A stretch of 64,000 bases of DNA. It comes from Fimbriimonadaceae bacterium. GTDB lineage: Bacteria > Armatimonadota > Fimbriimonadia > Fimbriimonadales > Fimbriimonadaceae. Under the pieces are notes generated by a model. It was not told where the DNA came from, did no database searches, and was given only the letters and a program-made list of their open reading frames with translations. A program made the translations under genes and the position numbers. Where the stretch lies: NCBI GenBank assembly GCA_046314495.1, contig JBKBWO010000005.1, positions 12,818 to 76,817 of the forward strand, read 5' to 3'. This document shows positions 37,301 through 45,684 of the stretch, piece after piece (the stretch's first letter is position 1; every line of letters starts with the position of its first letter).

Positions 37301-39200
37301 CGAGGGAATCGAAGTTCACCGATTAGTCGTAGATGGCGAGACCATCGAGCAGATTGGGGACCGAATGACCGCTCGAATCTCGCTCAGCACTTTGATCGAT
37401 CCTGCTACCGGACAGCCACTGATAGAACCCGGGGTACTGGTTGCTAAAGAGACGTCGAAGCGTGTCACCGAGATCGAAACCGAGGCCTTTGAGCGACTGG
37501 AAACAGCGGAGTCAGACGAAGATCGAAAGAAAATTCAGAACGAACTCATGGAGATCGGGTTTTCATTTAGCGACCACGGCCTCCCGCTCCTGAAAATTCG
37601 AAGCCCGCTTACTTGTGAGTTAGTTCACGGAATCTGTGCGAAGTGCTACGGCGTTGATCTCTCGACCAACAAGATGGTCGAGCCAGGCGTAGCCGTTGGA
37701 ATTATTGCCGCGCAGTCAATTGGCGAGCCCGGAACGCAGCTGACCATGAGAACCTTCCACACCGGTGGTGTTGCGGGCTCAGCGGTTATTGCGAAGACGA
37801 ATCAGTACAAGACGGCGAAGTTCATGAAGCAGTTCAAGACGGACTTCGAACAGTCGATTCGTAAAGAGCAGGACGAAGAGACCTACGACATGAAGGACTT
37901 CGATCCGACCAAGCTGTTGCAATCGCAGGAAGGCGTCATCAAGGATCTCTTCAATCGAGACTTCTTGACCATCGAAGATGAAGTCAAGGCGACCTCCGGC
38001 AAGGCACGAACCGAACGACAGCTCAAGAAAGACGAGAAGCTCCAGCTCAAGTCGGAAACGGAAAGCCGCAAGCTTTGGCAGCGCTCTCAGAAGACCTTCT
38101 TCTACACTTGGACGGGTGAATCCAGCGGTATCGTCCGCGTTGAGGAAATCTTCGAGGCACGGCGACAACCGCGTGGTAAGGCGATTATCTGCCCTGTCAG
38201 CGGTGTCGTGCGAACGGTTCAGGAGTCGCAGTTTGGACGCTGGGTCATCGTTGATGGCGTAGTTCGAACCGATATCAAGGCTGCGGCGAAGGAAGCCTAT
38301 ATCGCCGATGAGCAAGACTTTGCTGCCTGGGATGCAACTGAGCGTGGAGACGCGCTGCGCAAGCTGGTTGGCCAGAAACTGACTGCCCAGCACGCGAAGA
38401 TCCTCTTGACAGCTGGAATCGAAGAGGTCCGAGTCTACTGGCCGATCTTGGTTCCTCCGATGGGCAACCTTCCGGTTCAGAAGGGTAGCCATGTCATCAA
38501 AGGTGATCCACTAACCAATGGTCCGCTCGATCCGCATGACGTTCTGGAATTGGCAGGTGCAGCTGCGGTTTACGACTACTTCGTCGAAAACCTGCAATCG
38601 GTGTACAAGGCGCAGGGAGTTGACATCAATGACAAGCACATCGAGGTCATCATCCGCCAGATGCTGCGAAAGCGCCGCATCATCGAGCCAGGCGACACGA
38701 CCTTCTTGCCAGGTCAGGTCGTCGATCGATTTGCTTTTGCCAAAGAGCAGAACCGTATTCGGCAGCTGATCTCCGAAGGCCGAATGATCAAATATACCGA
38801 TCCCATTACGAACGAGAATGTTGAGCGCGAAATGCGAGAGCCCACCTCTGAGTGGCTGCTCTTGGGTATCTCCGAGGCATCGCTCGCCAACGATTCGTTC
38901 CTCTCAGCCGCTTCGTTCCAGAAGCAGGTGAAGATGTTGACCGATGCAGCAGTGCGCGGAAAGCAAGACCACCTGGTTGGCTTGAAGGAGAACGTCATCG
39001 TTGGGCGGCTTATTCCTGCCGGAACAGGTGTCAAAGAATTCCAGAGTGTCGAGGTTCAATTGCCTGCCGGCCAGCAAGGTCCACAGCCGACACTGGCATC
39101 GATGGCAGCTGGAGAAGAGGCTATTGTGATGGGCGGCTCGATACCGACGCTCACCCTGGAAGCAATGGCGGGTCTGGACGAAGGCGACCTCGAAGAGTAG
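34365..39200 (+). CDS. rpoC: DNA-directed RNA polymerase subunit beta-prime (1611 aa, with lineage-specific insertions)
   Basis: Zn-finger [16 protein letters not shown], catalytic [12 protein letters not shown], bridge helix, and trigger-loop flanks TFHTGGVAG ... [13 protein letters not shown]. Confidence 0.98.
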   Translation: MATNNFDTELEQTGERGKRENKAHVKDFDAIRVGIASPEDIRKWSKGEVKKPETINYRTFKPERDGLFCEKIFGPVKKYECACGRYKKEKFKGVVCERCGVEVADSKVRRERMGHIELAAPVAHIWYLKGSPSPISQILDIGHKNLEKVAYFSAFICIDIDRDRVEEMLPEIRQTIEEIKFSRQREMLELEMDALEALREELTQNADVIDDAFAKERVKLVHDRIRAEHRDADDELKDLDIAIETLARLQRFELIEEDKNRALVKMLRLVREAWSQLSKPKELDVESMVKIDTGAKAVQELLRTVDLERKARELRQEVIVTTSQRRQRAIKRLELIEALIHSKSRPEWMVLDVIPVISPELRPMVQLDGGRFATSDLNDLYRRIINRNNRLNKIIEIHAPDSIVNHEKRLLQEAVDALIDNKRRARPVKGSNQKELKSLSDMLKGKEGRFRKNLLGKRVDYSGRSVIVIGPHLKLHQCGLPKEMALELFKPFVMQQLVEQKMTQNIKTAKRMVDRMHPAVWDGLEKVITEHPVLLNRAPTLHRLSIQAFEPILVDGKAIQVHPLVCHAFNADFDGDQMAVHVPLSTISQSEARVLMLSTQNLFSPADGRPTVSPIQDIVLGSYALTFVDKAAKAALEEKIALHEKDPEKYPAPPVYNSIDEVLFLLESPALGEQLRLNTPVRVRIRRPIFRKDSEIDKRDPITGKEYLRKETIEEQPEELIGLFEPSAMVEYEELPQEFETIIATMTPGQLKLNEVLPYPLKYSDHFLTVELGKKAIADTIVRAQRAVGLAATVKLLDDLKDLGFRWATKYGISIAITDMDPPQRREEILQEADRRSARVAQQFRRGMVTFNEMQAQLIKLWTETYDEIGRELTTGLKQMNPLSIITVSGARGSVKQLAQLSGMRGLMFNQFNEVIHELPVKSSFHKGLSMMEYFVTTHGARKGLADTALRTADAGYLTRRLVDVAQDVMIRADDCGTLEGIEVHRLVVDGETIEQIGDRMTARISLSTLIDPATGQPLIEPGVLVAKETSKRVTEIETEAFERLETAESDEDRKKIQNELMEIGFSFSDHGLPLLKIRSPLTCELVHGICAKCYGVDLSTNKMVEPGVAVGIIAAQSIGEPGTQLTMRTFHTGGVAGSAVIAKTNQYKTAKFMKQFKTDFEQSIRKEQDEETYDMKDFDPTKLLQSQEGVIKDLFNRDFLTIEDEVKATSGKARTERQLKKDEKLQLKSETESRKLWQRSQKTFFYTWTGESSGIVRVEEIFEARRQPRGKAIICPVSGVVRTVQESQFGRWVIVDGVVRTDIKAAAKEAYIADEQDFAAWDATERGDALRKLVGQKLTAQHAKILLTAGIEEVRVYWPILVPPMGNLPVQKGSHVIKGDPLTNGPLDPHDVLELAGAAAVYDYFVENLQSVYKAQGVDINDKHIEVIIRQMLRKRRIIEPGDTTFLPGQVVDRFAFAKEQNRIRQLISEGRMIKYTDPITNENVEREMREPTSEWLLLGISEASLANDSFLSAASFQKQVKMLTDAAVRGKQDHLVGLKENVIVGRLIPAGTGVKEFQSVEVQLPAGQQGPQPTLASMAAGEEAIVMGGSIPTLTLEAMAGLDEGDLEE

Positions 39201-39224
39201 TCGTCTAGGATTCCCGAATCATTT

Positions 39225-39262
39225 GCCGCCCGCGCCAACTTAGGCGCGGGCGGCTTTCATTT
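39225..39262 (+). terminator. Rho-independent terminator after rpoC
   Basis: Perfect 12-bp GC stem GCCGCCCGCGCC / GGCGCGGGCGGC with loop AACTTA, followed by TTTCATTT. The T-tract overlaps the stop of the convergent gene. Confidence 0.8.
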
Positions 39263-39944
39263 AGCCGAACAGCCCTTGTTGTTTGTAGGTGGAAACAGGC
39301 TCTGGCCGCTCCTGGAACCGAACGTTTCCGATTCTCGGGTCAACCGCCACGGTTGTCAAAAGATCGTCCGGGTAAGGCACAAGTAACTCCGCCGCCTCTG
39401 GCGCAGAGTGACCTTCAGCATCCAGCCAGGTTTCGAAGTCTTCCTGAGAGAGAATCACCGGCATCCGGTCATGCAGATCGCTAATTTTTCTATTCGCTTC
39501 GCAAGTGATGATGGTGCAGGTGGTCAGATCGCCATCTGGGGAGCTCCATTCCTCCCATAGCCCGGCAAACGCCAGCAACTCGCCCGTTGTAGAGGCGATC
39601 AGAAACGGTTGCTTCTTGCCCTCAACTTCCGTCCACTCGTAGAATCCGGAGGCGGGGATGAGGCACCGGCGGCGCTTTGCGGCGCTTCTGAAGGCGGGTT
39701 TCTCCAGCAGCGTTTCCGAGCGAGCGTTGATCATCCTGACGCCGATCGACTCATCCTTTGCCCAACTCGGCACCAGCCCCCAACGGGCAAAGCTGGCAGA
39801 TCGACCAGCTTCTTCCTCTCGAACAAGTAGCACTTGAGAGGTTGGAGCGATGTTAAACTTCGGCGCAAGTTCGGGCACAGTTTGCAGCTCGAAGAGCGAT
39901 TGAATGTCTTCAGGTGCGGCAAAAAGGCTGTATCTGGCACACAT
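39261..39944 (-). CDS. SOS response-associated peptidase (SRAP/YedK/HMCES family, abasic-site processing protein)
   Basis: Invariant N-terminal MCARY (Cys2 nucleophile), RWGLVPSW, NARSET and GFYEW motifs. Confidence 0.9.
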   Translation of the reverse strand: MCARYSLFAAPEDIQSLFELQTVPELAPKFNIAPTSQVLLVREEEAGRSASFARWGLVPSWAKDESIGVRMINARSETLLEKPAFRSAAKRRRCLIPASGFYEWTEVEGKKQPFLIASTTGELLAFAGLWEEWSSPDGDLTTCTIITCEANRKISDLHDRMPVILSQEDFETWLDAEGHSAPEAAELLVPYPDDLLTTVAVDPRIGNVRFQERPEPVSTYKQQGLFG

Positions 39945-40085
39945 CGAAGCCTTAGTCTATCTGTTGCCCACTTGCCTAAGGGAGTAAACTTAGCGTGGCT
40001 GAGAGTTCTCGGTCCACAAAATTTTTGCCGCTCGTCCCCGTGGTCGTTTGAACTGAAAGGCGGTGCGGCTTGAACACCAAACACC

Positions 40086-41624
40086 ATGTCGATCGCACAT
40101 CCTACCGAGTCCACCGTTATCGATCTCTCCCGTTCTCCCGAAGTCTTCCGAAACCTGCCAGTAGCCGAACTGGTCGAACACGCTGTTCGAAATGGGGAAG
40201 CCGTGCTTGCCGCAAATGGCGCAGTGGTTTCGAGAACCGGAAAGTACACAGGCCGAACTCCAAAGGACAAGTATGTTGTGCGAGAGCCGAAGAGCGAAGA
40301 GAACATTTGGTGGGAGAACAACCAGTCCATGGAGCCAGACACGTTCGCCAAGCTGCGCGAAAAGGTGCGGGAGCATATGGCAAACCGGAAGCTTTACGTG
40401 GTTGATGCGTTTGGCGGAACCGACCCGGCACATCGAATCAAGGTTCGAGTCATCACCGAAAAGGCATGGCACGCCCTCTTCATTAAGACCCTTCTAGTTC
40501 GCCCGTCCCAGGAAGAACTCAACGATTTCACGCCAGACTGGACCATCGTCAACGCTTGCACCCTAACTGCTGACCCCGAAGCTGACGGAACCCGAAGCGA
40601 GGCGGCGATCATGCTCAACTTTGCTGACCAGCAAGTGATGATTATGGGAACGCAGTATGCGGGCGAAATGAAGAAGAGCGTCTTCACAATTCTCAACTAT
40701 CTTTTGCCGCTGAAGGGCGTTCTCAGCATGCACTGCTCGGCAAATGTCGGCCCAGATGGCGATACCGCCCTCTTCTTTGGATTGAGCGGAACCGGGAAGA
40801 CCACCCTCAGCGCAGACCCGACACGAGGTCTGATCGGAGATGACGAGCATGGCTGGACAGAGGACGCGGTGTTCAACTTCGAAGGGGGATGCTATGCCAA
40901 GTGCATACGGCTCAGCAAAGAAGGAGAGCCGCAGATTTACGATGCGATCCGGTTTGGTTCGGTTTTGGAGAATGTCGTACTCGACGATTTGCGCAACCCA
41001 GATTACAATGACGATTCCATTACCGAAAACACTCGATGCGCCTACCCAGTTGAGTACATCTCCAACTTCGTTCCTGGCAGCCGAGGAGGAATCCCCAAAA
41101 ACATTGCGTTTCTCACGTGTGACGCCTATGGTGTTCTCCCGCCCATCTCCAAGCTGACCCCTGAACAGGCGATGTACCACTTCCTGAATGGCTACACCGC
41201 AAAGGTCGCTGGAACAGAAGCTGGCATTACTGAGCCGACACTCACATTCTCGACCTGTTTCGGCGCGCCGTTTCTTCCACTGCGTCCGAAGGCTTACGCC
41301 GATTTACTCGGAGAAAAGCTAAAGGAGCACGGCACGCAGGTTTGGTTGATCAACACCGGTTGGACCGGCGGTCCCTTCGGAGTCGGCTCGCGCATGAAGC
41401 TCGCCTTCACCCGAGCCATGATCAATTCTGCGTTTGCTGGTGAACTCGATGATGTCGAGTTCGCCTTCGATCCGATTTTTGGTCTTCAGATTCCGACTAC
41501 AGTTCCCAATGTTCCGGATGAAGTTCTCATCCCACGAAATACTTGGTCGAACCCAGAGGAATACGACGCGAAGGCGAACGACCTCAAGTCAAGATTCGAA
41601 GAGAACTTCAAGAAGTTCGCGTAG
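40086..41624 (+). CDS. pckA: Phosphoenolpyruvate carboxykinase (ATP)
   Basis: TGRTPKDKY, kinase-1a GLSGTGKTTLS, IGDDEHGW, NTGWTGG. Confidence 0.95.
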   Translation: MSIAHPTESTVIDLSRSPEVFRNLPVAELVEHAVRNGEAVLAANGAVVSRTGKYTGRTPKDKYVVREPKSEENIWWENNQSMEPDTFAKLREKVREHMANRKLYVVDAFGGTDPAHRIKVRVITEKAWHALFIKTLLVRPSQEELNDFTPDWTIVNACTLTADPEADGTRSEAAIMLNFADQQVMIMGTQYAGEMKKSVFTILNYLLPLKGVLSMHCSANVGPDGDTALFFGLSGTGKTTLSADPTRGLIGDDEHGWTEDAVFNFEGGCYAKCIRLSKEGEPQIYDAIRFGSVLENVVLDDLRNPDYNDDSITENTRCAYPVEYISNFVPGSRGGIPKNIAFLTCDAYGVLPPISKLTPEQAMYHFLNGYTAKVAGTEAGITEPTLTFSTCFGAPFLPLRPKAYADLLGEKLKEHGTQVWLINTGWTGGPFGVGSRMKLAFTRAMINSAFAGELDDVEFAFDPIFGLQIPTTVPNVPDEVLIPRNTWSNPEEYDAKANDLKSRFEENFKKFA

Positions 41625-41687
41625 ACTTCAGCAGCGGCAGATAGAACCCCGAATCGGGCGGTCCATCGACCGCTATAGATAAGCCTT

Positions 41688-42350
41688 ATGTACACCCCAT
41701 ACGATTGGCAGGAAATGATTGGCAACCGTGCCCAATTCATCGAGGATCGGCTTCGGCGAGGCACTCCGGTGCTCGCAGCTTCGTGTAAGGATGGGATCGT
41801 GGCATACACCCTTCGCAGAAACGCCAGGAAGCTGTACGAGGTGTACGATAGGGTGATGATGGGCGCGGTGGGTCAGCAGGCTGATATGGAAGCCATGAGA
41901 ATCGCCGCGATTGAATTCACAAGCAAGGAAGGTTATTCGCGTAGCGAGCTTGATGTAGGTGTGCAGCGGGTAACAATGGCGATCAGTGCGCCGATGAAGA
42001 GCGCCTTTTCCGATTTCAGTACAGCACCGTTCTCGCTGAAGATCTTGATGATGGAAGTGAACGCACGGCCAATCGACGACGTGTACTACGTGATCGACTA
42101 CGATGGCGAATATCAAATGTCTTCCCTGGCGGCATGTGTGATTGGTGATTCTGAAAAGCTGTCGCTCTTCAGTGACCAGCCGATCGACGCCTCCGAGATG
42201 GAAGTCGAAGCGACGCTGAAGCTACTGCGAGGGAGATATGAACCACTTCTTCCAGACGGTCTGGAGAAGAACGATTTGATCGAAGAAGCCGCTCTGTTAT
42301 CCCGCGATCCTAACTTGCAGATTCGCTTTTCGCTTTTGCTGCCGAAGTAG
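41688..42350 (+). CDS. Bacterial-type 20S proteasome alpha-subunit homologue (PrcA-like), orphan
   Basis: Ntn/proteasome-fold pattern with an alpha-type N-terminal helix: YTPYDWQEMIGNRAQFIEDRLRRG, KDGIVAYT, KLYEVYDRVMMGAVGQQADMEAMR, PFSLKILMMEV, VYYVIDYDGEY. Confidence 0.7.
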   Translation: MYTPYDWQEMIGNRAQFIEDRLRRGTPVLAASCKDGIVAYTLRRNARKLYEVYDRVMMGAVGQQADMEAMRIAAIEFTSKEGYSRSELDVGVQRVTMAISAPMKSAFSDFSTAPFSLKILMMEVNARPIDDVYYVIDYDGEYQMSSLAACVIGDSEKLSLFSDQPIDASEMEVEATLKLLRGRYEPLLPDGLEKNDLIEEAALLSRDPNLQIRFSLLLPK

Positions 42351-42401
42351 CACGTTAAGGTTTGGTTAAAGCGAATCCACGCCAGTACACTTTTGCCTGA
42401 G

Positions 42402-43463
42402 ATGTCAACTGTACTCTTTGTCGCTTTGGCGTTGCTTCAACCTGCCGCCGCCAACACCCCCGTCGTCCCCATTGTTGAAGTTCAGCCCGTGGTGCAAACC
42501 GAGGCTGTACGGTTTGATGCGGATGACCCTGCGATTTGGGTCAACAGGAAGAACCCAGAAAGGAGCCTGATCTTGGGAACGGACAAGAGACAGGGAGAGG
42601 GCGCCTTGTTCGTGTTTGACCTTGACGGGAAGATCGTTCAGACAATCGACAATATCGACCGACCGAACAACGTGGACGTGATCCAGGGCGTACGTCTTGG
42701 CGACCAGCAATGGGATCTGGCGGTGGTCACCGAGCGAAGGGCAAACCAACTACGAGTTTTCCGAATCGATGAAAATGGGCGCCTATCAGACGTTACCGGC
42801 TCAACCAAAGTCTTTGAGAACGCCGCAGAGAACGAGAATCAGCCCATGGGCATCGCATCGTATCAAGCGCCGAATGGAGAGCTGTTCGCGTTCGTTTCGC
42901 GCAGCCGAGGCCCAGCGGAAGGGTACGTGCACCAATACCGGCTCAGCGTGAGCAACGGTAAGGTGGACGCCAGATACGTGCGGGCTCTAGGGAGCTTTAG
43001 CGGAAAGAAGGAAATCGAGGCGCTGAGCGTTGACCCAGATCTGGGAATTCTCTACCTGTCGGACGAACTTTACGGTATTCTGGCAGTGCCAATTCCTGAA
43101 GCGAATTCGTCGCTAAAGGCTCCGTTTTCCTTTGCCACCAGCGGCTTTGAAGGTGACCACGAAGGCACTGCCATCTACCGAATTGGGCGAGACGCCGGCT
43201 ACTTCATTGCGAGCGACCAGGTGGAAGGGAAGTCTCGCTATCACATCTATGACCGCGTGCCGGTTAACGGGCAGATGCGGCTGTTGAAGATCGTGCTCGG
43301 CGCGGATGACACTGATGGACTAGAGGCGACCTCCGAGAACCTCGGACCACGGTTCCCGAACGGCATCTTGGTAGTGATGAACAGCGAAGGGAAGAACTTC
43401 TGGATTTACGACTGGCGCGACATCGCCTCGGCTGGTGAGCCGAAGCTGCGGCTGGCTCGCTAA
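42402..43463 (+). CDS. Beta-propeller 3-phytase (BPP family), secreted
   Basis: Signal peptide. DADDPAIWVNRKNPERSLILGTDK..GALFVFDLDGK and EGDHEGTAIY resemble Bacillus PhyC. TTG 42393 is an alternative start. Confidence 0.85.
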   Translation: MSTVLFVALALLQPAAANTPVVPIVEVQPVVQTEAVRFDADDPAIWVNRKNPERSLILGTDKRQGEGALFVFDLDGKIVQTIDNIDRPNNVDVIQGVRLGDQQWDLAVVTERRANQLRVFRIDENGRLSDVTGSTKVFENAAENENQPMGIASYQAPNGELFAFVSRSRGPAEGYVHQYRLSVSNGKVDARYVRALGSFSGKKEIEALSVDPDLGILYLSDELYGILAVPIPEANSSLKAPFSFATSGFEGDHEGTAIYRIGRDAGYFIASDQVEGKSRYHIYDRVPVNGQMRLLKIVLGADDTDGLEATSENLGPRFPNGILVVMNSEGKNFWIYDWRDIASAGEPKLRLAR

Positions 43464-43488
43464 TCGGTATACTCAGGGTTCGCTCGGC

Positions 43489-43562
43489 GCGGGCGTAGCA
43501 TAATGGTAATGCTCCAGCCTTCCAAGCTGGCCACGTGGGTTCGATTCCCATCGCCCGCTCCA
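43489..43562 (+). tRNA. tRNA-Gly (anticodon TCC), CCA encoded
   Basis: Acceptor GCGGGCG/CGCCCGC, anticodon arm CCAGC-CTTCCAA-GCTGG, T-arm TGGGTTCGATTCCCA, 3' TCCA. Confidence 0.93.
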
Positions 43563-43576
43563 GAATTTTCGAATGC

Positions 43577-43648
43577 GCGGGTGTAGTTCAATGGTAGAGC
43601 GCGACCTTCCCAAGGTTGATGTTGCGGGTTCGAATCCCGTCACCCGCT
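43577..43648 (+). tRNA. tRNA-Gly (anticodon CCC)
   Basis: Acceptor GCGGGTG/CACCCGC, anticodon arm CGACC-TTCCCAA-GGTTG, T-arm CGGGTTCGAATCCCG. CCA is not encoded. Confidence 0.93.
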
Positions 43649-43786
43649 CACTTTCTTTTTTGCCCAATTAACGCTTCGTCGGGAGCGCGAGCCTTCAATT
43701 TACTTCGATGCAGTGGGTGACTGGGGGACATTCCCGACTCTACGCTTGAACGAGAGTTTAGCTGGTTCTGCGCTCCAAGCCCCAGA

Positions 43787-44269
43787 CTAGATGCCGCTGA
43801 CTCTTTCAGGTTGGAAGTTGGGCTCCAGCGCCTTCACGGTTAGCGGATACCGTTCCAGGATTTCTACAACGGCGCGCTGAACATCCGGCTGCTCATTCCC
43901 ATGATCATGGTGAGAGGTCTCAGTGGCGTCTTTCAGCCGCTGCGCTGCCTCTACGGGGGTCTCGATCACATCCATGAAGAATCCACAAGCTCTGTCGTCA
44001 GGTACGGTCAGCAACTGATCGTTTATCTCCAGGAAAGCGAGTAGCGAGACGAACGAGCTTCCGGCATTGCCCGCATCGAACGGCTTCAGCCGGAGGAACC
44101 CAGCCGAAAAGCGCGCTGCCTGACCGAACAAGTCCGTGCTCTTCCCATAGCCGTATTGGTACGCCATCACTTCTTCCAAGTAGGCGTATTTGAAATGATT
44201 GACCCTCCGGGTCACTTGCAAGTTGATCCAGAGGAGATCCTGAGTGGTGAGGTAATGCAGCTTGGCCAT
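43787..44269 (-). CDS. Doc/Fic (death-on-curing)-family protein with degenerate active-site motif
   Basis: YLTTQDLLWIN ... LFGQAARFSAGFLRLKPFDAGNAGSSFVSLLAFLEIN parallels the Doc pattern (..HxFxDxNKRTA..). Here the motif reads KPFDAGNAGSS. Confidence 0.6.
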   Translation of the reverse strand: MAKLHYLTTQDLLWINLQVTRRVNHFKYAYLEEVMAYQYGYGKSTDLFGQAARFSAGFLRLKPFDAGNAGSSFVSLLAFLEINDQLLTVPDDRACGFFMDVIETPVEAAQRLKDATETSHHDHGNEQPDVQRAVVEILERYPLTVKALEPNFQPERVSGI

Positions 44270-44284
44270 CAGGTTGAAACGAGT

Positions 44285-45592
44285 CTACCTTTCCACTATT
44301 GTCTCTTCGGCGGTTCCGGCTTCTTCCGGGTCGGCTTCAAAAAGAAAGGCGGCAACGTCTCCTGTGGGCATCTCAACGATGAACTTTGAGCCTTTGCCCA
44401 ATGAGCTCTGTGCCTCTACCGTACCGCCATGCTGTTCGACAATGTGCTTAACGATGCTGAGCCCAAGACCGGTGCCACCGCTAGAGCGTGATCGGGCCGG
44501 GTCAACTCGGTAGAACCGCTCAAAAATGCGGTCCAGATGCACGCTTGGGATGCCGATTCCAGTGTCGCTCACTTCAATACGAAGCCGCTCTCCGCGTGCA
44601 AACAGGGCGCAACTCACTTGCCCGTCGGCAGTGTAAGTCAAGGCGTTTTGCAACAAATTGAGGATCACCTGACGAATCGCTTCCGGGTCGAGGAACGCCA
44701 GCAGTTCATCTGGACCCTCGTACGATAGCTCCAAGCCCCGATCTCTTGCCTTTGCCATCATCTGCTCGCAGGTCGACTTCGCCAAATGTGCAGCATTGCA
44801 GAGTTCCAGGTCGGGTTCTTGGGCTTCGGCAGCAGAGAGGGTCAGAAGGTCTTGCGCTAGCCCGGAAATACGGTCGATTTCCTTGACGATCTGATCGAGG
44901 TACCTCATCTGTAGCTCAGGGTCTTCGGTTCCAGTGTCGATCAGCACCTCCGCCATTGATCGGATGAGCGTCATTGGTGTTTTGAACTCGTGTGACACGT
45001 TGGCAACGAAGTCTCTCCGGATCCGCTCCAGCTTGCGCAAGTGAGTGGTTTCGTAGATCGAGAGGTACACGCGCTCTGAGCTCCTTGACTCCTTCCAGCT
45101 TCTGGCGATCGCGGTGCGCTGGCCTGCTCCCCGAACCCGTATCTCGATGTCTCTCGGCTCACCGTCTTGCGCTGTCTGCAGCACCATTTCTTCGAGCTCT
45201 GGGGAGAGAGTAGCGGTCAGCACGGTCTTCCGAATTGGCTGAGAGATGGCGAACATCTCCACAAACCGAGGATTGGCATAAAGGATTTTCGCGCTGGAAT
45301 CACATAGAAGAACCGCAACGTCGAGCCCCTCGGCAAGGGCGTCGATCGCCTCTTGCTGATGCTCCAACTGCATCGTCAGGGCGTCGATTTCGTGCCCTCG
45401 TCGCGCTTGCGCATCTTCCAGCTGGTCGATCTTCGCGGCGGACCGGCTGAGAGCGATCATGGCAAGCACAAAGAGCGCGCCAAAGACGATGCCTACAGCC
45501 ACCGCGCCTTGCCATAGGGAAAACCCGACGGACAGTGCTGCCAAAGCCCCTAGTGCCCAAATGGCGAATCTCGATTGGCTTCGGCTTTGCAT
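44285..45592 (-). CDS. Sensor histidine kinase (PhoR-like: 2 TM with minimal loop, PAS, HisKA, HATPase_c)
   Basis: H-box SHEFKTPMT, N-box LLQNALTYT, G1 DTGIGI, G2 GGTGLGLSIV. Confidence 0.9.
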   Translation of the reverse strand: MQSRSQSRFAIWALGALAALSVGFSLWQGAVAVGIVFGALFVLAMIALSRSAAKIDQLEDAQARRGHEIDALTMQLEHQQEAIDALAEGLDVAVLLCDSSAKILYANPRFVEMFAISQPIRKTVLTATLSPELEEMVLQTAQDGEPRDIEIRVRGAGQRTAIARSWKESRSSERVYLSIYETTHLRKLERIRRDFVANVSHEFKTPMTLIRSMAEVLIDTGTEDPELQMRYLDQIVKEIDRISGLAQDLLTLSAAEAQEPDLELCNAAHLAKSTCEQMMAKARDRGLELSYEGPDELLAFLDPEAIRQVILNLLQNALTYTADGQVSCALFARGERLRIEVSDTGIGIPSVHLDRIFERFYRVDPARSRSSGGTGLGLSIVKHIVEQHGGTVEAQSSLGKGSKFIVEMPTGDVAAFLFEADPEEAGTAEETIVER

Positions 45593-45684
45593 CGACCTTC
45601 TCGCTGTACGTATACGATTTTAGACCCTGCGCGGGCCTTCAGCGTTTCCGATGAAGTCAGGTTGGAGTTAACTCTTGGGTTGGC

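Noticed and set aside
30666-38492. Very long antisense ORFs inside rpoB and rpoC (for example 32653..33348, 33349..34329, 35388..36293, 37779..38492; 230-326 aa)
   Set aside because: They lie entirely within sense frames that carry universal RNAP motifs. Their translations are R/L/S/V-rich low-complexity strings. Stop-poor antisense frames are expected from the codon bias of GC-moderate, highly expressed genes.
39731-40472. ORFs of 160-206 aa spanning the SRAP/pckA divergent spacer on the minus strand
   Set aside because: They overlap both well-supported genes out of frame or antisense, and their translations are low-complexity.
43787-44269. Doc-like gene as a classical toxin of a Phd/Doc toxin-antitoxin pair
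   Set aside because: No small antitoxin ORF lies upstream, because the kinase gene ends 15 nt before it. The catalytic motif is degenerate, so a conventional toxin function is unlikely.
43464-45592. Genomic island integrated at the tandem tRNA-Gly genes
   Set aside because: There is no integrase, no recognisable direct repeat of the tRNA 3' end in 43649..43786 or beyond, and no phage or transposon genes. The flanking genes look chromosomal.
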